Below, piece by piece: positions 9,999 through 16,356 of a DNA stretch of 55,266 nucleotides (the first letter of the stretch is position 1; each line of letters starts with the position of its first letter). Source of the DNA: a virus (lineage: Duplodnaviria; Caudoviricetes); IMG/VR virus record IMGVR_UViG_3300008108_000110, positions 1-55,266 of that record; one strand, written 5' to 3'. The position numbers were made by a program, and so were the translations under genes. Under the pieces are notes generated by a model, which saw nothing but the letters and a program-made list of their open reading frames with translations, was not told where the DNA came from and did not search any database.

Positions 9999-11042
9999 TT
10001 ATTTTTTTAATTGAGAGTTGATCCAATTATATGTTTTTTCAATACCTTCTTCTAATGTCATACTATAGTCCCAACCAAGTTTTTGGCGGATAAGATCGTT
10101 ATTAGAGTTTCGACCTCTAACTCCAAGAGGTCCATCAATGTGATTTTTTTCTACTTTTTTACCAGCAACTTTAGCAGCAATATCCACAAGTTGGTTGATA
10201 GTCACCATTTCCTCGGAACCAATATTCACTGGTCCGATGAAATCACTATCCATCATTCTACGGGTTGCTTCGATGCATTCATCAATATACAAGAAGGAAC
10301 GAGTTTGTAGGCCGTCTCCCCACACCTCGATGGTTCCACCTTCCTCTGGAAGGTAGGCAACTTTACGGCAAATTGCTGCGGGAGATTTTTCCCTTCCCCC
10401 TTCCCAGGTTCCTTCAGGTCCAAAGATATTATGATACCGAGCAACCCGAACAGGGATCCCGTGATTACGAGAATAAGCGAAAAACAACCGCTCTGAGAAC
10501 AACTTTTCCCAACCATATTCAGAATCTGGTGCTGCGGGATATGCTGATTCTTCACGGCAATCTGGATTATTGGGATCAAGTTGATTATGTTCTGGATACA
10601 TACATGCAGAACTAGAGTAAAAGATTTTGGTATTATTTTTACCAAGAAAATCATTAAACTTTCTCACTGATTCGAGAATATTAAGATTAATGGTAACTGA
10701 GTTATGCATAATATCAGCATCATTTTCTCCAGTGAAAACAAATCCTGCACCACCCATATCAGCAGCGAATTGATAGATCTCATCAAATGCCTGAAGATAT
10801 CTTGAAGGAACAAAATGATAAAAGTTTCCACGATCTCCTTTATATTGAATTACTCTTTCTACAAAAGAGGTATCCCTCAAATCTCCAGTAACAAATTCAT
10901 TTGCTTCACTGTCAGAAAACTCTGGGCGCTTAAGATCTACACCACGAACCCAATAACCCTCTTTACGAAGTCTCTTAACCATATGACTTCCAATAAAACC
11001 ACCAGCACCAAGAACGAGTGCTTTTTTTACATATTGTCCCAT
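9999..11042 (-). CDS. GDP-mannose 3,5-epimerase-like NAD-dependent epimerase
   Basis: GAGGFIG, AADMGGAGF, SSACMYP, YGWEK, GGREKSPAAICRK, GVRGRNS; start taken at MGQYV. Confidence 0.92.
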   Translation of the reverse strand: MGQYVKKALVLGAGGFIGSHMVKRLRKEGYWVRGVDLKRPEFSDSEANEFVTGDLRDTSFVERVIQYKGDRGNFYHFVPSRYLQAFDEIYQFAADMGGAGFVFTGENDADIMHNSVTINLNILESVRKFNDFLGKNNTKIFYSSSACMYPEHNQLDPNNPDCREESAYPAAPDSEYGWEKLFSERLFFAYSRNHGIPVRVARYHNIFGPEGTWEGGREKSPAAICRKVAYLPEEGGTIEVWGDGLQTRSFLYIDECIEATRRMMDSDFIGPVNIGSEEMVTINQLVDIAAKVAGKKVEKNHIDGPLGVRGRNSNNDLIRQKLGWDYSMTLEEGIEKTYNWINSQLKK

Positions 11043-11068
11043 AAACAATAAAAAATCCTTTAGTATCT

Positions 11069-11097
11069 ATTATACAAAAAAAGATGGGTTTATGCAA
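11069..11097 (-). promoter_or_regulatory. sigma70-type promoter for the glycan cluster
   Basis: TTGCAT-17 nt-TATAAT upstream of the epimerase start. Confidence 0.7.
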
Positions 11098-11105
11098 CCC
11101 ATCTT
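11076..11105 (-). terminator. intrinsic terminator downstream of the manA/wcaG-like RNA
   Basis: AAGATGGGTT-gcata-AACCCATCTT followed by a T-run on the minus strand. Confidence 0.75.
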
Positions 11106-11109
11106 ATGT

Positions 11110-11200
11110 AACTCAGGCTCGCCACCAATTCTTTGTCTGGAAATTGGAAACCAGGCGGGAGAGAGTCCCATCCGCACCAGCAAGAATATTTAAAGTGCCT
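11110..11200 (-). ncRNA. manA/wcaG-like structured RNA, 3' portion
   Basis: UGGUGCGGAUGGGA..UCCCGCC-UGGUUUCCAAUUUCCAG..AAUUGGUGGCGAGCC; hairpin plus pseudoknot (CUGG/CCAG, CCAAUU/AAUUGG), repeated UGGYG, upstream of a WcaG-type epimerase in a cyanophage. Family recognised from memory. Confidence 0.7.
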
Positions 11201-11204
11201 TATC

Positions 11205-11753
11205 TTACGGGCACCAGGAAGACCATTTTTTAGATTTGCTATAAATTCTATTAGCAACTTCCATTTTAGTCATATTATAGTGTTCCATAATAGATTGGAT
11301 GCCAACATACTCTTTACCATCAACTATAAAAATTTTTTTTGAGGGTTTAACAAAATTTGAAATTCTTTTATTTCTTTCTTCTTCAGAAAGAGAATCCCAA
11401 TGCTTTTTTACAGAGTGTTTGATATTATCTTTATGTTCTTCAGTAATGACTTGTAAAGGTCTAACTTTTTTTAGTTTTTTGCTAATTTTTAGTTTATGTT
11501 CTTCACTTAATGGAGTTCTTCCTTTACTTCCACCACTTTTTCTGTTTAAAAGATTATCTAATATTGATATTAGATATTTTTCGTGTTTTAATGCATCCTC
11601 TTCAGAAAGGTTTTTCTTCAAAAATAATATTTTATCTTTGGTGGGTCTTGGAACATTATGATTTTTATGAAATGCTCTACGACCAGTTCCCTTTCCTATG
11701 TAATATGGTGTTCCATTTTCACGAAGATATGCATATGTGTAATAGGTCTTCAT
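11205..11753 (-). mobile_element. GIY-YIG homing endonuclease with NUMOD3-like repeats
   Basis: YYTYAYLR..GTPYYIGKG..RR, E..LI...N catalytic residues, SEEHKLKIS/TEEHKDNIK repeats; very AT-rich. Confidence 0.85.
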
Positions 11754-11777
11754 ATAAATTTTACTATTACATAGTAT

Positions 11778-11785
11778 TATTTATA
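11778..11785 (-). promoter_or_regulatory. T4-type late promoter for the endonuclease
   Basis: TATAAATA 24 nt upstream of the ATG. Confidence 0.8.
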
Positions 11786-11789
11786 TGAA

Positions 11790-11825
11790 TGGCTCCACCA
11801 CTTAGTTTTGAGAAACTAAGAAAAG
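11790..11825 (-). ncRNA. manA-like RNA, middle module
   Basis: CUUAGUUU-cuca-AAACUAAG hairpin followed by UGGUGGAGCC, the same module style as the 3' portion. Confidence 0.5.
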
Positions 11826-12035
11826 TTGGGTTAACTTTGATATCTCGGAAATACCAAAGAATGCACATAAGAATAGTACATCCCAAAGTTTGAGTTTGAT
11901 TGCAAAAGGTATTGTGAGTATTCCCCCAATACATTTGATCATTAACCCATATTTAAATTCTCCCCATAACATGACTTGATATCCTATTATGAGGAGAATA
12001 TTTCCAATCCACCGTAGTAAATCAGATCTAGACAT
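11802..12035 (-). CDS. small multi-pass membrane protein
   Basis: 77 aa with about three hydrophobic segments. Confidence 0.7.
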   Translation of the reverse strand: MSRSDLLRWIGNILLIIGYQVMLWGEFKYGLMIKCIGGILTIPFAIKLKLWDVLFLCAFFGISEISKLTQLFLVSQN

Positions 12036-12082
12036 AAGGGGTTTTGCTCCCGACCAGTGCTGTTAAAGTCCATCCGTGACTA
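12036..12082 (-). ncRNA. manA-like RNA, 5' portion
   Basis: GUCACGGAUGGACUUUAACAGCACUGGUCGGGA matches my recollection of the 5' end of cyanophage manA RNAs; GC-rich non-coding block. Confidence 0.55.
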
Positions 12083-12087
12083 TTTAC

Positions 12088-12303
12088 TCAAGCAACCTCA
12101 ACAGATTCAAGATCTGCAAGGACATATTCCATAAGCATTTCATAGTCATCTAAAGGATCACCAGAAAATACTACACCTTCGTTTTCGTAGTACCGACGAA
12201 CTTTTTTGAAAAGTTTTGGATTTTTTACATCAAGGTAAAAATTGCCGTTTGCGGCACCACGAAGGGTTTGAAGGTCTTTCTTGAATTTTGCTGTGAGAGT
12301 CAT
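12088..12303 (-). CDS. conserved cyanophage hypothetical protein
   Basis: ORF restarted at MTLTAKFKK, downstream of a strong promoter. Confidence 0.75.
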   Translation of the reverse strand: MTLTAKFKKDLQTLRGAANGNFYLDVKNPKLFKKVRRYYENEGVVFSGDPLDDYEMLMEYVLADLESVEVA

Positions 12304-12325
12304 TGTTTTGAATGTTGACCTTAGT

Positions 12326-12354
12326 ATTATAAGGGTTTGACTTCGAGAAGTCAA
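12326..12354 (-). promoter_or_regulatory. sigma70-type early promoter
   Basis: TTGACT-17 nt-TATAAT. Confidence 0.85.
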
Positions 12355-12379
12355 GATGGACAGGTGCCAATCTGTCCTA

Positions 12380-12452
12380 TGCTCCTTGCGTGGATCGAAC
12401 ACGCCTCAGGCGAATTATGAGTTCGCTGCATTCACCAGATTGCTAAAGGAGC
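12380..12452 (-). tRNA. tRNA with CAT anticodon (elongator Met or Ile2)
   Basis: Cloverleaf GCTCCTT/AAGGAGC, anticodon arm GCGAA-CTCATAA-TTCGC, TTCGA T-loop; lacks initiator features. Confidence 0.9.
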
Positions 12453-12454
12453 GA

Positions 12455-12526
12455 TGGGAATACTGGGAGTTGAACCCAGACTAAGCCCTTATAAGGAGCC
12501 CGCTCTAACCATTAAGCTATACACAT
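12455..12526 (-). pseudogene. tRNA-Ile(TAT) with disrupted acceptor stem
   Basis: D, anticodon (GGCTC-CTTATAA-GGGCT) and T arms are intact, but the 5' strand ATGTGTA has three mismatches against TATTCCC. Confidence 0.75.
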
Positions 12527-12716
12527 CTTCATCCACACCAGAATCATTCAATATATCTACTACTTCTCTATATGGGACTATAACTGCGTTACCTTGCTCG
12601 CTAGTTATAATAAAAGATTCGCCTTGTTCTACTCTATTCATTAAATTATCAAAATCCGATTGAAACTCTTCGACTGTAAATTTTTGGAGATCTGAAATTT
12701 CTGAATACATTTTCAT
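12489..12716 (-). CDS. Phd/YefM antitoxin-like small protein, C-terminus reading into the tRNA
   Basis: FTVEEFQSDFDNLMNRVEQGESFIIT...AVIVPY resembles the Phd/YefM N-terminal fold. Confidence 0.6.
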   Translation of the reverse strand: MKMYSEISDLQKFTVEEFQSDFDNLMNRVEQGESFIITSEQGNAVIVPYREVVDILNDSGVDEDVYSLMVRAGSL

Positions 12717-12733
12717 AAAGTGAGGTTTATGAG

Positions 12734-12807
12734 TCGGGGTGACAGGATTCGAACCTGCGACCTATTGCTCCCAAAGCAACCGCGCTACCAAGCTGCGCTA
12801 CACCCCG
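12734..12807 (-). tRNA. tRNA-Pro(TGG)
   Basis: CGGGGTGTAGCGCAGCTTGGTAGCGC..TTTGGGA..GGTTCGAATCC cloverleaf. Confidence 0.95.
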
Positions 12808-12924
12808 TTACTTGTTTTTGTGTATGTACATAATACCAGCAAAAGGAACGATTGTCAAGCCACACCCACAAAGAAAAAGAAAGAAAGGACTTGCTGCTAA
12901 AGTTTCAACTAAGTGGAAGATCAT
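12808..12924 (-). CDS. 38-aa membrane protein
   Basis: MIFHLVETLAASPFFLFLCGCGLTIVPFAGIMYIHKNK; ATGA overlap with the upstream ORF. Confidence 0.65.
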   Translation of the reverse strand: MIFHLVETLAASPFFLFLCGCGLTIVPFAGIMYIHKNK

Positions 12925-13124
12925 CTTCCTCTCCAATTCTTGTATTCATAATACATGTATTGATCTACTTCGTCAAGTCCTTGCAGAGGAGCGTTAACAT
13001 TCCAATAAGACCACTCAATACAAAACTGCTTAATATGTATATCACTAGCAGCAGACTTTACTCCAAGCATTCTAGAAAATGCAGACATTGCAAAATTATA
13101 CCTTTGCCTAATGAGCGGTTCCAT
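12921..13124 (-). CDS. hypothetical protein
   Basis: ORF restarted at MEPLIRQRY, in a tightly packed operon. Confidence 0.65.
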   Translation of the reverse strand: MEPLIRQRYNFAMSAFSRMLGVKSAASDIHIKQFCIEWSYWNVNAPLQGLDEVDQYMYYEYKNWRGR

Positions 13125-13227
13125 TTCCCTTATATTCTTTGGAATCATAATACCCTCCTCGTGTTCCGAAATAGAGTGTTGCTAAAACAAAAGGAATAGA
13201 AATAAAAATAAGTGCTTTACCTAACAT
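13108..13227 (-). CDS. ndhP: NDH-1 complex small subunit NdhP homolog
   Basis: MLGKALIFISIPFVLATLYFGTRGGYYDSKEYKGNGTAH: one TM helix plus the FGTR.G.YD...Y.GNG.AH C-terminus characteristic of cyanobacterial NdhP. Confidence 0.85.
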   Translation of the reverse strand: MLGKALIFISIPFVLATLYFGTRGGYYDSKEYKGNGTAH

Positions 13228-14251
13228 GATGACCACCAAACATATAACGCATTCCATTTAGGATTTTTGCTCCGAATGATCCGAGATTGCGTGAGTTAAA
13301 TCTTTCAAATAATGCCGTAGTAATAACAGGAGCGGGAACCCCCAGGTCCACAGCGGCAGAAACAGTCCAACGACCCTCACCGCTGTCGGATACGCCTCCA
13401 GAGAACTGTTTAAGGCTACCATCCCTGCGTAACACATCAGCAGTAAGATCGAGTAACCAACTACCAACCACGCTACCACGACGCCATAACTCAGCAACCT
13501 CAGCAACGTCAATGTCATAGCAGTAACTTTCTGGATCTGCCATTGGAGCGACCTCAGCATCTCCTTCTCTGACATATTGTGCTCCATTATTTGCATTCTT
13601 TAAGATATTAAATCCTTCGGCATATGCTTGCATCATTCCATATTCAATACCATTATGAACCATCTTTACAAAATGTCCTGCACCTGGACCACCACAATGC
13701 AACCAACCATACTCTGCAGAAGTTACATCCGAGTCAAATTGAGTCCTTCGGGCAGCACCGATTCCTGGGGCAAGGGCATCAAAAATGCTCGCACAAGAGG
13801 CGACCGCAGTATTTCCGCCGCCAACCATAAGACAGTATCCACGATCCAAACCATAAACACCGCCGCTAGTACCACAATCAATATATTGGATACCAAGTTT
13901 TGAAAGACGCTCTGCTCTTTTCCGACTGTCTTTAAAATTGCTATTGCCATGATCAATAATAATATCTCCTTCACTACAATATCGTAGTAACTCATTGATG
14001 GTCTCCTCTACGGTTTCGGCAGGGACAACCATCTGAAATATTCCTGGTTGATATTTGCCGTTTTTATTTTGTTTAACTACTTTAACAAGATTTTCAATAT
14101 CAGTTGTAATTCCATTAACAAATCCCTTTTCAAAAGATTCATTTGCTTTTTCATAATTCCTTCGATAGCCCCAAACTTCTATACCTGCTTTCATCATACG
14201 GCGAGACATACCTTCGCCCATTCTTCCAAGTCCGATTAATCCAACTTTCAT
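13217..14251 (-). CDS. gnd: 6-phosphogluconate dehydrogenase (decarboxylating)
   Basis: GLGRMG, IIIDHGNS, DCGTSGG, GHFVKMVHNGIEYG, DSGEGRW, MRYMFGGH. Confidence 0.97.
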   Translation of the reverse strand: MKVGLIGLGRMGEGMSRRMMKAGIEVWGYRRNYEKANESFEKGFVNGITTDIENLVKVVKQNKNGKYQPGIFQMVVPAETVEETINELLRYCSEGDIIIDHGNSNFKDSRKRAERLSKLGIQYIDCGTSGGVYGLDRGYCLMVGGGNTAVASCASIFDALAPGIGAARRTQFDSDVTSAEYGWLHCGGPGAGHFVKMVHNGIEYGMMQAYAEGFNILKNANNGAQYVREGDAEVAPMADPESYCYDIDVAEVAELWRRGSVVGSWLLDLTADVLRRDGSLKQFSGGVSDSGEGRWTVSAAVDLGVPAPVITTALFERFNSRNLGSFGAKILNGMRYMFGGHHVR

Positions 14252-14343
14252 AAAACTCCTGGATATGCGTGATTTAATCCCCAGATTACAAAAATTCCAA
14301 TGACCCCAAAAATAGTCATCGTCGTATATATGAGTTTAGTCAT
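14248..14343 (-). CDS. 31-aa membrane peptide, NdhQ-like
   Basis: MTKLIYTTMTIFGVIGIFVIWGLNHAYPGVL; ATGA overlap with gnd; W.L..AY end resembles NdhQ. Confidence 0.5.
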   Translation of the reverse strand: MTKLIYTTMTIFGVIGIFVIWGLNHAYPGVL

Positions 14344-14626
14344 CCTCTTCATCCTCATAAGTAGATGGTTCTTCAAAGAGTTCATCCATTTTTTGTTGAA
14401 GAATTCTTTGATGTAGTTCTTGTAAATCTTCTTCTGTAAATCTAATCACCAGTAAAGGATCTCCTGCCTTAACGTCGTTTAATTCTGGGTGTTTGACTTT
14501 TGGACTTTTTGAATACCCATGATTAGCATTCATTATCATCCAACCCTGAACAAACATTGTTAGAGAAATTACAACAAGTACAAACCACGGAACCAAATAT
14601 ATTAATTCAGAGTGATTTTGATCCAT
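14336..14626 (-). CDS. DUF2973-like cyanobacterial membrane-anchored protein
   Basis: N-terminal TM helix, HPEL...LLVIRF motif. Confidence 0.6.
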   Translation of the reverse strand: MDQNHSELIYLVPWFVLVVISLTMFVQGWMIMNANHGYSKSPKVKHPELNDVKAGDPLLVIRFTEEDLQELHQRILQQKMDELFEEPSTYEDEEDD

Positions 14627-14802
14627 GGTAGTAATGGAGGAATTACACCTACAAGTCTCAACAGTCCCTCAGCAAATAAAGCAAGAACCACCCAACCGAC
14701 GCACATACTAATGATAGAAGCATTACGGTTGTGTCTTCTGATAGCAGCATCGATCATCTCCTGAACTTCAGAACGTGTAATAAATTCTTCTTGTTCGTGC
14801 AT
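14602..14802 (-). CDS. small membrane protein
   Basis: EMIDAAIRRHNRNASIIS followed by a TM helix. Confidence 0.7.
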   Translation of the reverse strand: MHEQEEFITRSEVQEMIDAAIRRHNRNASIISMCVGWVVLALFAEGLLRLVGVIPPLLPWIKITLN

Positions 14803-14951
14803 CATCTCTCGTCTCCAAGAAATTTTGCAAGAGGATCTCTTTTGGTTTTTACAATCTCACAGGCTCTGTAGTAAAACATATTATTGGTGTTTCCAGAGGC
14901 TTCAAAAGTTGCCTTGATCTTCACCCAATTCTCATAGGTGTGCTGGTCCAT
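14802..14951 (-). CDS. 49-aa hypothetical protein
   Basis: MDQHTYENWVKIKATFEASGNTNNMFYYRACEIVKTKRDPLAKFLGDER; stop overlaps the next start. Confidence 0.7.
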   Translation of the reverse strand: MDQHTYENWVKIKATFEASGNTNNMFYYRACEIVKTKRDPLAKFLGDER

Positions 14952-15064
14952 AGTAATGACCCATATTACTACTATATAATAGTTTCGAATACTTCAACGT
15001 CAACATTTTGTGTTCATTACGTAACACTGTTGAAGGAAATATTAAATTTGTAACTTATCTTAAA

Positions 15065-15147
15065 CGGAAAGAACAGGAATCGAACCTGCGAGGGCGTTAA
15101 CCCCAGCCGCTTTCAAGGCGGTGTCCTCGACCAACCGGACTCTTTCC
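15065..15147 (-). tRNA. tRNA-Ser(TGA)
   Basis: GGAAAGA/TCTTTCC acceptor, CTTGAAA loop, long variable arm, G73; atypical acceptor/D-arm junction. Confidence 0.85.
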
Positions 15148-15157
15148 ACTAGAAGGT

Positions 15158-15415
15158 TCAACGAACCTCAAAATCCAAACGCTTTACTTTGCGTTGGCGT
15201 CTTGCCTCTTGCCAGGCAATATCTTCATTTGTGAGAATTCCTTTCTTTGATTTATTACCTAATGAGTTTAGCATAACAATCTTAGATAAGTCAACAGCAG
15301 AAATTACTCCTCCACGAATTGTCGTCATATTCGAACATCCACAGGTTACTGTTTTTACTGGATGTCCTTCTATTTCTCTATTACAAACTTTGCAACGAAC
15401 ATTTAAATTTTCCAT
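15158..15415 (-). CDS. small Cys-rich putative zinc-binding protein
   Basis: CKVC...CGC motif. Confidence 0.7.
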   Translation of the reverse strand: MENLNVRCKVCNREIEGHPVKTVTCGCSNMTTIRGGVISAVDLSKIVMLNSLGNKSKKGILTNEDIAWQEARRQRKVKRLDFEVR

Positions 15416-15441
15416 TATCCCATAATGTTTAATTGTTTTAT

Positions 15442-15618
15442 TTAGTCTCCATCTCCACCGTCACCAGATCCATCATCCCCATTTCCTCCAGCACTCGATG
15501 AAGAACGTTTTGCCATCGCTCTACCAGCACCTATATTAGTGACTTTTCCTTTGTTATAAACCTTATGAGGTTTAGCCATACTATAGGCAATTTGTTTAAA
15601 CTGTTTGAAAGTTTTCAT
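15442..15618 (-). CDS. small basic protein with Gly/Asp tail, possible internal head protein
   Basis: Starts MKTFKQF (ATGA overlap with the dps stop), resembling the T4 capsid-targeting sequence. Confidence 0.6.
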   Translation of the reverse strand: MKTFKQFKQIAYSMAKPHKVYNKGKVTNIGAGRAMAKRSSSSAGGNGDDGSGDGGDGD

Positions 15619-16049
15619 TGGAGATGTGCTCTTAACTGCCAAACAAATTTACCGTGAGATTCCATTAAATCTTGAACTAGATTAGCAGTAGAATATGACT
15701 TTTGTTCTTCTGCTTCTTCGGAAATTTCTCCCATCAACTCACAAAACTTTTCGTTGTTTTCAAGAAGTTCTTGAAGCATTTCTCTTGCTCCAGTTGAACT
15801 TGCAGCCTCTTTGATTTGAGTTACCTCAAGCATTCTAGAGAGAGAACTGAGAGGTTTTACATTCAAGTAACGCATATGTTCTGAGAGACGATCAATCTCC
15901 TCAAACATAGTTTCATACTGACCACCAAAGAGTTGATGAAGTTGAGTAAAATCTTCTCCAACAACATTCCAGTGAAATGCCCAAGTTTTATGGAATAAAA
16001 CAAAAAGCGATGACTGAGCATCACTTAGTAGTTTATAAAGTTTTTCCAT
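15615..16049 (-). CDS. dps: Dps/ferritin-like DNA protection protein
   Basis: FHWNVVG..F..LH..F...Y......D.LSE ferroxidase signature; start at MEKLYK after a GATAAATA late-type promoter. Confidence 0.92.
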   Translation of the reverse strand: MEKLYKLLSDAQSSLFVLFHKTWAFHWNVVGEDFTQLHQLFGGQYETMFEEIDRLSEHMRYLNVKPLSSLSRMLEVTQIKEAASSTGAREMLQELLENNEKFCELMGEISEEAEEQKSYSTANLVQDLMESHGKFVWQLRAHLQ

Positions 16050-16077
16050 TATACTCTTTTTATTTTTATTTATCAAG

Positions 16078-16150
16078 TGGGCAATCACGGATTTGAACCG
16101 TGGACTTTCTGCGTGTAAAGCAGACACTCTGACCGCTGAGTTAATCGCCC
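16078..16150 (-). tRNA. tRNA-Val(TAC)
   Basis: Cloverleaf with TCTGC-TTTACAC-GCAGA anticodon arm. Confidence 0.95.
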
Positions 16151-16153
16151 ATA

Positions 16154-16225
16154 CTCCCCCGACAAGATTCGAACTTGTGACCTGGAAATTAACAGTTTCT
16201 CGCGCTACCGCTGCGCCACAGGGGA
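16154..16225 (-). tRNA. tRNA-Asn(GTT)
   Basis: TCCCCTG...CTGTTAA...GTTCGAATC...GGGGGAG. Confidence 0.93.
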
Positions 16226-16281
16226 ATAAGTGTAGGTGAACCAACCTACAGTTTAGAGATTACTCTCAAGGTCTTTTGTGT

Positions 16282-16353
16282 ACCTCTGTCAGGGAATCGA
16301 ACCCAGTTTCCAAGTGCATTGTCTGCCTGTCCTTACCAATAGACTACCAGAGG
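16282..16353 (-). ncRNA. tRNA-like element without a canonical anticodon arm
   Basis: CCTCTG/CAGAGG acceptor, TAGTCTATTGGTAAGGAC D arm, GGGTTCGATTCCC T arm; the anticodon region cannot form 5 bp plus a 7-nt loop. Confidence 0.6.
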
Positions 16354-16356
16354 AAA

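Noticed and set aside
11110-12082. Canonical group I intron around the GIY-YIG gene
   Set aside because: I could not identify P7/catalytic core elements or an interrupted host ORF or tRNA; the flanks look like manA/wcaG modules instead
14990-15060. Possible host transcription-factor sites (NtcA or HLR1-like) upstream of the gnd operon
   Set aside because: Only partial matches (GTT-N8-AAC, a single GTTACAAA); too weak in AT-rich DNA
16050-16244. N-terminal extension of the Dps ORF
   Set aside because: It runs through tRNA-Val and tRNA-Asn; the real start is at 16049
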